DNA of 64,000 nucleotides from Octopus sinensis (Eukaryota): contig NC_043006.1 in the NCBI RefSeq assembly GCF_006345805.1, positions 32,612,001 to 32,676,000 of the forward strand. Direction: 5' to 3'. This document shows positions 26,345 to 39,174 of the stretch, piece by piece (position 1 is the stretch's first letter; each line of letters starts with the position of its first letter). Position numbers and translations under genes: made by a program. The notes beneath the pieces were generated by a model, which worked only from the letters and a program-made list of their open reading frames with translations, made no database searches and had not been told where the DNA came from.

Positions 26345-26585
26345 GGCTTCAAATTTTGTCACAAGGGCAGAAATTTTGGATAAGAGGTCAAGTCGATTAT
26401 ATCGAACCCCAGTGCACAACTGATACTCAGTTCATCGATCTCCGATAGGATGAAAGGCAAAGTCGAGCTCGGCGGAATTTGAACTCAAAACGTAGCGGCA
26501 GACGAAATACCTATTTCTTTACTACCCACAAGGGGCTAAATACAGAGGAGACAAACTAGGAAAGACAGACGGATTAAGTCGATTG
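26345..26585 (-). mobile_element. Family D SINE
   Basis: GGATGAAAGGCAAAGTCGAGCTCGGCGGAATTTGAACTC block. Confidence 0.75.
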
Positions 26586-26922
26586 TATGAGTGCCTTTGA
26601 CTGTCTCCCCAACAATGTTTAACAAACGGTGTTGGTTTGTTTACGTCCTCGAAACTTAGTGGTTTGGCAAAGGATACGATAGATAGAATAAGTACGAGGC
26701 TTAAAAATAATTACGAGTTCAACTCGCCAGGCTAAAGCCTCCAAAGTGGTGTCCCAGCATGGCCGCAATCCTATGAATGAATCAAGTAAATGATAAAGAC
26801 AACACCCGAAACTGATAGAGACACACCCTAAGACAAAACGCAGAAAATCTGCTTTTAATTTGAATGAAATTGTTTTAAATTGAAATATATTCTTTAATAT
26901 GGACAATAATTAATGAGTCGTC

Positions 26923-27279
26923 GTGGCACTCCGTCATTTACGACGACGAAGGTCCCAGTTGATCCGATCAACGGAACAGCCTGCTCGTGTATGTGGCTGA
27001 GCACTCCACTGACACGTGTACCGTTAACATAGTTCTCGAGGAGATTCAGCGTGATATATCTGGCCCTTTGAAATACAGGTAAAACAGAAACAGGAAGAAA
27101 GAGTGAGAGGAAGTTGTGGTGAAAGAATACAGCAAGGTTCGCCACCACTCCCTGCCGGAGCCTCGTAGAGCTTTTGGTGTTTTCGCTCAATAAACACTCA
27201 CAACGCCCGGTCTGGGAATCGGAACCGCGATCATAAGACCGCGAGTTCGTTGCCCTAACCATTGGGCCATTGCGCTTCC
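26923..27279 (-). mobile_element. Family B SINE with tail X
   Basis: reverse complement homolog of 16996-17309. Confidence 0.85.
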
Positions 27280-27944
27280 ACAATTAATGAGTGGAATCTA
27301 AATGAATGGTCAACGTGGAAGGAAACCTTTGGGGAAGTGGGGAGAAGTGAGTGGCGAATACGAATATGAAAACAATTTACTGAACGGCAAAACATCGAAA
27401 TTTCTAGATGGAATTGAACAGCGACATATCTTGTACAGAATAATGGAGGAATAAGTGTTATATCAACATTGAAGAAATAAATGTAATTATTTAGTTCATT
27501 CACAATAGTGGTAGTTACTGCAGATAGGAAAGTGCGAGAAAAGTGCGAGATAGTTATAATAAATATAATGGTGGGAATATTGTTATGAATATCATTTATA
27601 GGAAGATGAGTTCCTTGGATGGTATTTGGTGATTTTTGCGTTTTTATTCTGATGGATGATTTATTGGAAGCTCATGAAATATAGGGATATTAAGTTTAGA
27701 GATACGGACTATGATGCATAAATGAAATGGACAAGAACATTGATACCTGACAAATCGGCAAAAATGCTCTAACTACCAGAATGAGGAGATGTTTCTCTTC
27801 ACTACTTTTCAATAACAACTAAAAGCAATGGTTGAGAATCGTTAGTAGAATGCAATTTACAACCGGAAAACCAAAACACATGTTATTGAAAAGGAATCTG
27901 ATGTTATCTGAATATTTATTAGTTATCTTCCCTTGGACGGCAAT

Positions 27945-28140
27945 ATAGCAGAGTCGTTAGCACGCCGGACAAAGTGCTTAGCAGCATTTCGTTCATCTTT
28001 ACGTTCTGAGTTCAAATTCCACCGAAGTTGACTTTACTTTTTATCTTTTCGGAGTCAATAAAATAAGTACCAGTTAAGCACTGGGGTCGATATAATCGAC
28101 TTAACCCTCCCCTGAACTTGCTGGTCTTGCACCAAAATTC
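27945..28140 (+). mobile_element. Family D SINE
   Basis: GCAGAGTCGTTAGCACGCCGG head; GTTCTGAGTTCAAATTCC B-box. Confidence 0.8.
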
Positions 28141-30413
28141 GAAATAATTATTTATCTTCCCTAATTATTTATTTTGAAATTGGAGGGAAGGGTGTCGCAA
28201 CAAAAAAAAACACGGGATATCAATAGATATGAAATACAGTGACTGTCTTGATGTTGACTTAACAGCTGGAAGGAAACGCCACTAAAATCTTGAAGAACTA
28301 ATTGGAGAGAGGAGAAGATGTAATTGAAAACCAAGATATTAGAATTTAACAATTGGCGATACAAGAAAATAATGAATATGAAAATAATGAGAGAAACAAT
28401 TTCATATATGTATAATTGAAAGAAACATTAGAAATACTAATCTTGGTGCAATTACATATTACTAGTGAAAAGACGCTGTTTGAACGGTGCTATTTATCCG
28501 GCACCCATTGTCCGATTTTGATTCTTCTGTAGTGGTGATATATATTCAGTACCAGGTGTTGATACGGCTGCCTGCATATTATTACAAGAGTTCATGCAGA
28601 GAAGAATAATAAAGTTAAGAACTATATATTTACTGCATGAATTTTTTTTTTAGTGGTCGATGATGACAGAATCTAGTTGAATGAAGTATTCTATGCAAAA
28701 AAGTTCAGAGATAGAATATGTAGAAATAACAGCTAAGTGGTAGTTTTCAGTCATTTAGCGTAGAGAAATAGACGGACGTAGCAATGACGTAAATGGCTCT
28801 AAGTCTAATCAACTAAGAAGCAAAGAGCAGGGTTAGCAAGCTGTTTTTATTAATGGAACGCTAGACATTCTAGAAACTTCCAAGAGAAACGCTAAGCTTC
28901 TTGAATAATTAAAAATCACGTCTCATGATACAGACGCTTCGAGAAACTTAGTAAAGGGAGATCATTCAACTATTTAGCTACATAGACTACTACACTTCCG
29001 TCTGCTGATTCGGTACATGCTGTGTACAACCGAATATCGGTTTACATGTTCTCCCTTTATTTGTGCTCTAGTGACTACTAGACGAAAATAAGAATAAATC
29101 GCTTACCGAATCATTGTTGTAGCGCCGGATCTACACTGAATGAACCGTAATATGATTCAAGGCATTCCAGATATTGCCGGGGCATCGTTTTCTCAGATTT
29201 AATCTATCTAAAACGACCATCATTAATGAACTACTCCAAATATAGAAACAAATAAAATCTGCTAATAAATAATACAGACCTCCTCAAAATTAAATTCTAC
29301 TCAATATTAATATCAATCATTTTCTTTAAAGATAAATCTTTTGCCTGGCAATTCTGAAGCTGCTTTTAACACGAATTAGCTTGTAATTAAAATGTGATAT
29401 TTATAACTTTTTACAAAAACAAGGAAAACATACAAAAATCAAATGGAAACAAAACAAATGAAAATAAAATATTATCAGAGTCATATATTTAATTAGTGTT
29501 TGCTGTTAAACGTTCGTAGCTGCGTTATTTCGACTAAGGGAGGTTCCGTTGCAGATTTGTTTCGGAAGTGTGGCGTGTATAAGACACTGATGACCAGAAC
29601 TAAAAGAAAAGACTGCGAAACATTCTCGTTAACTTTTGGGGCGACTTCGTTTCGCCTACCTTTGAACTATACTGTGTTTTCTTTTTTTTTTCTTCTTTTG
29701 GAAGCACAATAACTCTTTAAAGGGGCAAAGTAGCGCAGCCACAAGCGTTTAGAAACACACATCTATTAATTATGTGATACTAATAATGTTTGCATTACTG
29801 AGCTGCTTCTAATAAAAAGAAATTCGAATTTTGCTAAACAAATATATCTTTGAAGAAATTTAATTCGCTGAAGTGAACAAATTTCCTTGGCTCTCAATAT
29901 GTCTCACTACATTAAACAGCAGAATCAGTGAATAATTCGCGGATGATTTGACCTTTCCTTACAGCACCACCACTACAACGAATACTACCATAGCGATAGT
30001 TTAGCGAATTCTTTCTACTTGTAAGCAGATGGGCCTGGAATTTAGGGGTAATGGAGTTGTCGATGTTATCTATTCCAGTGCTCATCTGGTATTATTTTAT
30101 AGATCCAGAAAGAATGAAAAGTAAAGTCGACCTCAGCGTCATTTGAACTCAGAACGTAATGCCGGAAAAAATGCTGCTGATCGTTTGTACAGCGTGTTAG
30201 CGATTCTGCCTGCTAACCGCCTTGGCTATAGTTTTAGACAACGATGCAAATTGTCATACCAACTGGCTCATTATATTGTCTATGTGAAGACGGCTTACTT
30301 TTGTCATTTATTACACTGCGGTTTGCAAAGAATAGGTATTTGAGAAATATAGCTTGGTTTTAATGAGTTTACTTTTTATTATATTAAGCATTCACATAAG
30401 TCTGAATTGCGAA

Positions 30414-30517
30414 GTTCTTCTTCTTCTTCTTCTTCTTCTTCTTCTTCTTCTTCTTCTTCTTCTTCTTCTTCTTCTTCTTCTTCTTCTTCTTCTTCTTCTT
30501 CTTCTTCTTCTTCTTCT
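30414..30517. repeat. (TTC)n microsatellite
   Basis: direct inspection. Confidence 0.95.
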
Positions 30518-31342
30518 ATATTACCGGAGTCGTTCAGAAGCGACCAGTGTCGACAGTAACCAAAAGCAATAAAGAATGAAGATGTTGGCACTGGAATTAA
30601 ATTGTAGTAAAGATAAAATATAAAACAATTTTCTCGCTCTTCGAGAATGTGTTACACAGGAATTCCCGCTCCTGACTGCATACGAAGTTATCCCAATTTA
30701 CGAAATTCTCTCGATAATATTCTCCGATACATGGCGTCTGTTGAGATGTGTTCTCATTGCGTTAGCGCTTGCTAACACAAACCATAGCTAGAAGCTAAAC
30801 AAAATACAATAATCCATAGGCAAGATACTTAGCAGTGGTTTCCGTGGAGTAAAAAGAGAACCAAACAGCTTTCAATAAAGATTGGTATCGCTTGTATATC
30901 CAACGCACCACTAGGCTATTCGACATGTCTATTCGTTAATAGCAATAATGATCGCGTGACAAGAAATTTGTAGTCAGCACGCTGACATTGTTCATTTCCA
31001 AAACGTGGAAAGAATTTACATTTGAGGGATTTCAAAGTGCTGTTCCTTACGTCGATTCACAGAATGAAATATATAATTCAGTTGAGTGAGCATTTGCATA
31101 AACTGCTTGCTATGTGTTGTTGCTGCTTGTTAGAAGAGCAGCATTCATCTTCACGTCTCTGCATTTAGTCTATCTACTTAGTTTTCCTTTCTCCTCTTCT
31201 CTGTTTACATCTCTCTCTCTCTCTCTCTTTCCTTCAAAAGACACACACAAACACACACACATATGTACATGTATGTATATATATATATAACATAGACATG
31301 TGTTAAGTACATATATAATATATAATGTATAATATAAAAAGA

Positions 31343-31397
<55 letters not shown>

Positions 31398-31427
31398 TAT
31401 ATATATATTATATATATATATATATGT

Positions 31428-31500
31428 ACACCGGAGTAAACACATAAATATGAAACAAGGTGGAAAAAAGAGTACTCAAATACCAGTGGTAGAGTAATAT
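31428..31500. repeat. Short interspersed repeat, related copy at about 35895-35965
   Basis: CATAAATATGAAACAAGGTGGA...AGTACTC.AATACCA..G..AGAGTAAT occurs at both sites. Confidence 0.6.
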
Positions 31501-31522
31501 ATATATATTTATATATATGTAT

Positions 31523-31555
<33 letters not shown>

Positions 31556-31869
31556 GTTTGTCTTTGTTGCTGTACACATTCGCTAGCTTTCTTACAAAGG
31601 TGTCTAATGCAATTAGCTTATACATTTTGGAGACAACCAGATCGAACCATCTAAAATGTAACTGTTCGAGATGATCGTGAATTCTGGTACTTGACTGATG
31701 AAAGAAAGCCAAGAATGATCCGTCTTTTTTTTTTTTTACCTGTCCTTCTAATTGTTGTTTCTCTTGTCCGCCTTTGTGTTGTCTATCTGACCGAATGTTT
31801 TAATGCCCTGTATTCCATTTTTGTTCCATATAGATATATATATATATAATATATATATATATATATTAT

Positions 31870-31923
<54 letters not shown>

Positions 31924-31953
31924 TCTTCTTTTTTCTCTCCTTGTTTTTTCTGT

Positions 31954-31995
31954 GTCCCTTTCTGTAGAAGAGCGTAGGCTTGAAACGTTAAAGAC
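31954..31995 (+). ncRNA. Minimal type I HHR-like motif, A6U variant
   Basis: CTTT-CTGTAGA-A-GAGC(GTAG)GCTT-GAAA-CG-TT-AAAG; stems I, II and III all present. Confidence 0.55.
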
Positions 31996-32085
31996 TTTTT
32001 CTATTCCTGAGCGTTATACTAATACATCTGTTTGTTTTGTAGACCACCTGTCTTCGTCTTTTGTTTTTTTCGTAAACTCTCCCTA

Positions 32086-32142
<57 letters not shown>

Positions 32143-32286
32143 TAATAATAATAATATTAGGGAGTAAATCCAAACTTACAGGGGAAAATTAGATTTAGGA
32201 TTAAATCTAATTTTATAGTATATATATATATATATATTTATTTATATTAAATTAGAGATAAAACCACTATTAGGCAAATCAAACAC

Positions 32287-32318
<32 letters not shown>

Positions 32319-32319
<1 letters not shown>

Positions 32320-32605
32320 GAGACGCAATGGCCCAGTGGTTAGGGCAGCGGACTCGCGGTCGTAGGATCGCGGTTTCGATTGTGAGTGTTTATTGAGCGA
32401 AAACACCTAAAAAGCTCTACGAGGCTCCGGCAGGGGGTAGAGATCCCTGCTGTACTCTTTCACCACTCTTTCTCTCACTCGTTCTTCTGTTGGCCTGCTC
32501 GCTTAGCCAGCGGGGTGGCGTCTTTCGAAGGCTAAAACAATGCGAACACATCGTGACCAGCGATGTGTTGCAACATCTGGTCGGGTCGGTCACGTGATCA
32601 CGTGA
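32319..32605 (+). mobile_element. Family B SINE head with a different tail (Z)
   Basis: GGAGACGCAATGGCCCAGTGGTTAGGGCAGCGGACTCGCGG head; the tail differs from 16996. Confidence 0.8.
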
Positions 32606-32639
32606 TATATATAAATATATATATATATAGCATTAATAC

Positions 32640-32684
32640 CATGCGTTGACGAGAGGCAATTACCTTGAAACTATAGTCCGTATG
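32640..32684 (+). ncRNA. Type I HHR (U3 core)
   Basis: CATGCG-TTGACGA-GAGG(CAATTA)CCTT-GAAA-CTATAG-TC-CGTATG; GUC cleavage after 32678; palindromic stem III ACTATAGT. Confidence 0.8.
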
Positions 32685-33069
32685 TATCACTTAGGTTTTC
32701 GAGGGAGGATGACCTCCCTTTGCAAATAACACAAGGGCACTGAAATTTTGTGTCTAAGGTCAGCTGGTGACGTTGATCTCCTGGGGCTAAAAGCATCAGT
32801 AACACCCCACCCCCAGTGGCTAGCCACATTCAGATGGTTAGTACACTTTACGTTATATATATATAGTTATATATATATATGTATGTATACGAGCTAGACC
32901 TGTGAAAACTTCACGGAAAATGTTAAAAATGTAAGCATCTGTAAATTGTATGCTGGTGCCTTGAGAAAGAAGTTTAAAACCGATAACTAGAAAATCGAAC
33001 AAAATATCTTAGTTACGTAAACATAACTACTCTTTAGCCTTAAAATACATCGTACATATTTAAAAAATT

Positions 33070-33908
33070 GGTACTTTTTGATCATTTCACCCCCCCCCCA
33101 TTTAAAAATTGGGTCATCTCCTCGCCGTTGTGTGAAAAAAAAGATTAAGCATCTTATTGAATGCCTATTGAGGAGGCTAAAAGTCAACAATGTGCTTAAG
33201 TATTAAATGAAAAGGATCTAAGCATAAACTCGCACATATATGAGTCCAGTCGACCTTTGTGAGTGCCATTTTCTCTTTTATTTATTTATTTGGCACTCCT
33301 TCAATGTCTTTCAATATTTTGGCTGTGATCTCTTTCACTAGAATTGAAAAATTATAGGGAATGATTCACAGGGAGATGTTGAAAATGACCAATATTAATT
33401 AATTATATTTTTTATATGCTGACCATTCGTCACTTATGATGGTAGAACCTGGTCTTATATTATTTTCTGTTATTATAAGAAGTGTTGTCGTAGACTTGTC
33501 CGGCTCAACAAGGATCACAAAATTTGATACTTGACATGTTGTGTGCCCAGAAATATATGAAAAATGCTGTTTTTCGAAAAAATAAATGTGAATTAGCAAA
33601 CCAGTTATCTGTTCTTAGTACCTGTTCTCGTTTCAATCCACGAATTCTACACCGCCGTCTTTTTTCACTTCCAACTGAGAAATTCATAAAATTACCGTTA
33701 TTGCATTGTCTTTTTCTTGACAAATCTTGGCAAATTTCTCTTAGACGTTAAAGATTCATATTCTACAGGAAATCGATTAGGCAAAAAGAAAAGAAGAAAC
33801 AAAATCGTTCAGTTGACGGGAGGGAGGGAGATAGCCCAAGTTTTAGTGGAGTGATACCCATTTTTTAAAGGCAACTTTTTAATGGGGGTGAAATAACCAG
33901 AAAGTACC
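33070..33908 (-). mobile_element. Merlin (IS1595/ISXO2-like) DNA transposon relic with TIRs
   Basis: TIRs GGTACTTTTTGATCATTTCACCCCC / GGGGGTGAAATAACCAGAAAGTACC (3 mismatches); fragments RTDNWFANSHLFFRKTAFFIYFWAH, EPDKSTTTLLIITENNIRPGSTIISDEWSAY and HSQNIERH* match Merlin transposase motifs; TSD not discernible. Confidence 0.75.
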
Positions 33909-33949
33909 AAAGAACCTATTTGGTTTAGAGGCACAGAACGTTCTTCTGG

Positions 33950-34166
33950 TATTCTTTTATTCTTTTTACTTGTTTCAGTCATTTGCCTGTGGCCATGCTA
34001 GATCACCGGCCTTTAGTCGAAGACTCCTGGACCTATTCCCCGTAAGTCTGGTGCTTCTTCTATTAGTCTCTTCTGCCGAACGGGGACGCAAATACACCAA
34101 CATCGCTTGTTAAGCGATGGTGGTGGAGGGACAAACACAGACATAAACACACACATAAATAAATGA

Positions 34167-34200
<34 letters not shown>

Positions 34201-34278
34201 GAGATGGGTTTCTTTCAGTTTCCGCCTATGAAATCCACTCAGGAGGCTTTGGTCGACCCGAGGCTATAGTAGAAGATA
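33950..34278 (-). mobile_element. Family A SINE, 5'-truncated
   Basis: CTTGTTTCAGTCATTTG tail and GGGTTTCTTTCAGTTTCCG block reversed. Confidence 0.8.
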
Positions 34279-34739
34279 TTCTTAAAAGTATAGAGTTGAA
34301 TTTCGTGTAGCCACCTGTTGGGAACTTTTCTCCCCCACCCACTTTGTAGGGGGTACTACCCATTTTCTGGGCTCTTTACACAGCTATACACCGTTCAAAA
34401 TTTGCATTAGTTTTTGTATGAAAAAAAAGAAAGGGAAGAGGGGCTTATTTGTAGTTTGTAGACGAAACGTTAAACGTGCCTGAAAAGTTGCCTCCCAACT
34501 AAAAGACATGAAGATCTATGAAAGAAGGCGAATAAGTACCTGGGGTGGGGGAAAAGAAGAGAGAACTAACAATCGATAGTTCCTGAACTCACAGAATGAA
34601 AACGTAAACACCTGAATCACTTTCCCTCTATTCATTGATAAAAGTAAAGAAGCTAGAAAAGAGCGATCGAAATTGTCATTTTAAATGACTGAGGCTTCCT
34701 TTCTCCCTATCTATCTCTTTTTCTCTACAGTTAAGAGAG

Positions 34740-35042
34740 TGGAGGTGAATGGCTCAGTGGTTAGGGGCATTTGGCCCACGATCGTAAGATCATGAGTACG
34801 ATTTCCGGCGGCGCGCTGTGTTCTTGAGCAGTACTTCACCTTGCTACAGTTCACCCAGCTGCCAAAAATGAGTTGTAGCTGTAATTGAAAGAGGCTAGTC
34901 TTGTCACATTTTGTGTGAGGCTGAATTTTCCTGAGAAACACTCTATGATATGCATGTCTGTGGAGTACTCAGCCACTTATGAGCAGACTGTTCCGTTGAT
35001 CAGATAAACAGGAACCTCGTCGTCGTGACCGACGGAATGCCG
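34740..35042 (+). mobile_element. Family C SINE with tail X
   Basis: ATGGCTCAGTGGTTAG A-box; GTGTTCTTGAGCAG...CAGTTCACCCAGCTG; CCTCGTCGTCGTGACCGACGGA tail. Confidence 0.8.
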
Positions 35043-37456
35043 TTTTTTAAAAGGCGTGAAAGAAAAGGAAATGTTACATATCGCAAGGTAGATGCATCAC
35101 GTGTTTAGTATAAGCAGTGAAAGCTAAGACGAGATAACTTCTATTCCGTCGAGTAGTGACTTCGCCCTGGATTCACGCTCAGTTTGATAACAACAGCCTG
35201 CACTTGGCCTCCAGGTCTGTGAGACCCCAAAATGGCGCTGTCAGGACCGGATTAAACCCATAGTGAGCCTAACGACTAAAAATATTTTCTTCCCCCTATA
35301 TAGGATCTGTTTTAGTTTTCTTCCAACCACGTGAATGTTCATCTTGCTCCAGTCCACTCAGCTGGCCAAAGTGAGGTGTAGCTGTAATTGAAAGGGGCCA
35401 GCCTTGTCATATTCTGTCTGAGGCTGAATCTCCTGGAAATCTACCTTATGGTATGCATATGTCTGTATTACTCAGCTGCTTGCAAGTCACTTTTATATCC
35501 TCTTTTATCCTATCTCTCTAAATCTTCTCTTTTCCTCTTCCTCACCTCTCCCTCCTCTATGTCTCCTTGCCTCTAACTGCCCTGCGTTTAACGCGTTGTA
35601 TTCCTCTTAACCTCTCTGCGCTATCAATCCCCATCTCTATCTCGCACTCCCTCTTACTTCCTCCCTTTTACCACTTTACCTCTCACTTCTACTATACTTC
35701 CTCTGCTTCTGCCCCTCTCCTCTCTCCCGCTTTACCACTCACTTCAGTTATACCGCCTCTGTTTATAGCTTTTATTTCTCTTTTACTTTGTACCACCTGC
35801 TTTAACCATTTTACCTTTTCCTTTGAGGTGTGACACACACCACAGGTACGTATGTTTAAAAACAAAAAGTACGCGTATTAATATTATTGATACCAGATTA
35901 AGCCCATAAATATGAAACAAGGTGGAGAAATATAGTACTCGAATACCAAGGAAAGAGTAATACGCTTTATTAATAACGTGTGTAGCGGGAATGTGCATGA
36001 TATATCTATGTGTTAATATTTGGCATCTGGATATAATGAATGTGAGAAATACACAGCGTTAGCCGTTATGCCACTATTAACTGGCAACTTGGGGACCTTT
36101 AGCGGAGTCCACACTGTTAAAAATACTCCATTTAGGCACTTTGTTTACACCATTCTTCTTCTTTCTATCAAATTTCGAATGCCACGCCCCCGGTCATGGA
36201 CACGACCTTCTTTCGGGCTAACAGATAAACTAGTCACTCTTGGGATTTTGTAGATAACTGTCCAATTTTTACCATGAATTTACGAAACTGTTTCTTTGGT
36301 TAGATATATCTGATTGGCATATAAATTTTGGAACACTTCTTACGTGAACGACTTCACTAATTAATGGATGCTTGTTTGTTAAAACTTGAGGTGTGCCAGC
36401 GTATTAATGCGTGTATAGGAATGAGTATGTGTCTGTGTGGGGTGGTGGTGATGTAAATTTTGATGTTCAATATATCTCTGTCGATCCCACGCAATATTCT
36501 GACAAGATTTCTTTTCGTGCTTTGCATTACTAAATCTTCAATGATACTTGTCCAGTTCTATTTATTTGGGTTGGAACGTTTTTCTCTTTTTAACTTGCCA
36601 ATAATTTCTTCAAAATTCTTGTAATACTTTTCTTCTTTGTTGGTTTTCAACTCTTATGAAAGACTTTATAATTTCCTATACACTCCAAAGTTATCTGGAA
36701 AACATGTTGCTTTTCTTCGAATTATTTAACATTTTTTTCAAACGCTGCGTTATTGAAGATTTTGCTTTCACCACTTCAATGAAGTTTTCACTTGCTTAAA
36801 ACTCACTCGTCTTCTCAATTTCGCACAGCTTTCAAATCTAACATATAATACTCTATAATATTTTCTTCCGTTAACATCTTTTCCAATCTATTTATTTCTA
36901 TGCTAGCTGCCTTTTTCATTTAAATTCAATGATTTCTCTGCGAGTTTTTTTCCTGTTGCAACGAAACCTATTGCCCATAATAATTCTTATTTAAAATAGC
37001 TTCACTTGTTTGCCGGGTTATTCGAATGTTTAATTAGCCTCTGCGTTTATAACCCTTATTTTTCTTTCATATTGCATGTTATCACTTTAGAATTGGCTTC
37101 ACTGTTTATTTCCATAGTTCAAATGAATCTTCCTAACTTTAATTTGCAATTCGTTTCATATTTATCTCTTATTCTTTCTTTGTTTTCTTTTTTATTTTGG
37201 TGGGGTGGGGCTGGGGATCACTGCCTACCATAATTCTTATTCGTTGCACTGTAATTTTTAGTATCGGATTATCACTTCTTAGGATATTTTCGCTGCTATT
37301 AAATAGTATGGTCTTTGCATTGAGCGCATCCTGCCCTAATTATCGTCGAGGCTTCCGCATCTATAGTTAGGGGCATATTCATTGTGTGCACTTAACATAC
37401 GTTGTCCTTTGAATCCTCGATTCCACCGCTTCTGCTATATCTTGACACAGCATGAA

Positions 37457-37687
37457 GGCGGTGAGCTGGCATAAACGTTAAGCACGCCGGGCGAAATGCT
37501 TAGCAGTATTTCGTCTGCCGCTACGTTCTGAGTTCAAATTCCGCCGAGTTTGACTTTACCTTTCATCCTTTCAGGGTCGATAAAATAAAGTACCAGTTAC
37601 GCACTGCGGTCGATGTAATCGACTTAATCCCTTTGTCTGTCCTTGTTTGTCCCCTATATGTTTAGCCTCTTGTAGGCAATAAAGAAA
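37457..37687 (+). mobile_element. Family D SINE, full length
   Basis: GGCGGTGAGCTGGC head, central block and CAATAAAGAAATA tail. Confidence 0.9.
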
Positions 37688-37719
37688 TACATATCTTGAG
37701 ACAGCATGTATTTTGTTGA

Positions 37720-38820
37720 CATAAGGTTCATTTTAAGGCCTACTATTGAGCTATGGCTGCCAGGTTTTGTCAACATGGTCAGCAGCTGACATGTGGTTTC
37801 GGCGATAAGTAAGAATGTCATCTGCGAATTGGAGGTGAGTTAGAAACTCAGCGTTGACCTGTCTACTCAGTATCTCTGATGACCCTTTCTAAACATGCAG
37901 TGAAGAATTTTGGAGTGATAGTATGTCCTTGTTTAACGCCCTTCCCAATTGGAACTCTTACTAGTAGTGATAGCAGTACACAGTAGTATACCCACTGTGT
38001 ACCTCGATACATTGCATTTCCAGAGATTTCAGCATTGCGCTCACCTCCACGCTATCGAAGACGTTTTCGTAGTCCACGGAAGTGATGCACAGAGGCAGCT
38101 TGTATTTATTCTCTTGTTCTATAAGATGTGCTAGCATGAATATGTGATCCGTCGTACTGTAGTTCCTACAGAAACATGCTTATTCCTTCGGCTATTGGTC
38201 ATTGAGGAGTTTCAATTGTCTGGTTTCAATGATCTTTTCTAAATAGCTTATAGAGGTGAGACAAAAAGCAGATGTGGCGATAGTTTTTTTAAATATATTT
38301 TTGTCACCCTGATGATGTTCGGCGCTTTCCACAACAAGGATAGTTTACCCTCCATTAGACAGCGATTGAAGAACAACAATTTTCCACAGCTCTACACTTC
38401 CGCATATTAACATCTTTTCAAGAGTTTTGTCTGCATTCATCAATTTCAGAACATTTTCAGTTTCACTGACCACAACAGATGGCACTGCTACCAATATTCA
38501 AGGCAGTGGAAGCTTGAATGTCTCTGAAGATTTTAAAAGGTCAGTGCAGAGCAGTTTGCACACCTCTTCTGTCTCCAAATTGTCTATCACTGTGAGCCTG
38601 TCCTCGTTCTTGAGCGCCATCACCTTTCACATATAGAGTATCAGCTTTCTTCGGCATCTTCTTAGGTTTTTTCTTTCCGCTGTAGCCAGCAGCAACTTTT
38701 TCAACTTACAATTTTCAAAGTCATTTCTCAGACGTTCTTTGATCGTTTTGCAAACAACAGAATAATCGAGGTGACCTTTTATGTTCCTCTTCGGAGTTTT
38801 ATGTTTCTCTAGCATTTTCT
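37720..38820 (-). mobile_element. Decayed RTE-type LINE reverse transcriptase fragment
   Basis: RNYSTTDHIFMLAHLIEQENKYKLPLCITSVDYENVFDSVE, GKGVKQG and HLQFADDIL motifs with frameshifts. Confidence 0.8.
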
Positions 38821-38831
38821 GAGTCTCCTCT

Positions 38832-39067
38832 CTATGTATGTATGTATGTATGTATGTATGTATGTATGTATGTATGTATGTATGTGTATGTATGTATGTA
38901 TGCATGTATGTATGTGTATGCATGCATGTATGTATGTGTATGCATGCATGTATGTATGTGTATGCATGCATGTATGTATGTGTATGCATGCATGTATGTA
39001 TGCATGTATGTGTGTGTGTGTATATATATATAGAGAGAGAGAGAGAATGAGAGAAAGGAAGAGAGAC

Positions 39068-39137
<70 letters not shown>

Positions 39138-39138
39138 G

Positions 39139-39170
<32 letters not shown>
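38832..39170. repeat. Compound (TATG)n/(GA)n/(GATA)n/(CA)n microsatellite
   Basis: direct inspection. Confidence 0.95.

Positions 39171-39174
<4 letters not shown>

Noticed and set aside
29586-29630. CTGATGA…CTGCGAAAC motif
   Set aside because: Mismatch at the base of stem II, and no stem III or stem I
32755-32815. Conserved block downstream of the 32640/52644 HHR as a twister or HDV-like ribozyme
   Set aside because: Lacks twister consensus motifs and is too short between putative P2 strands for the HDV double pseudoknot
34445-34475. GACGAAACGTTAAAC resembling an HHR 3' half
   Set aside because: No CUGANGA-like core upstream
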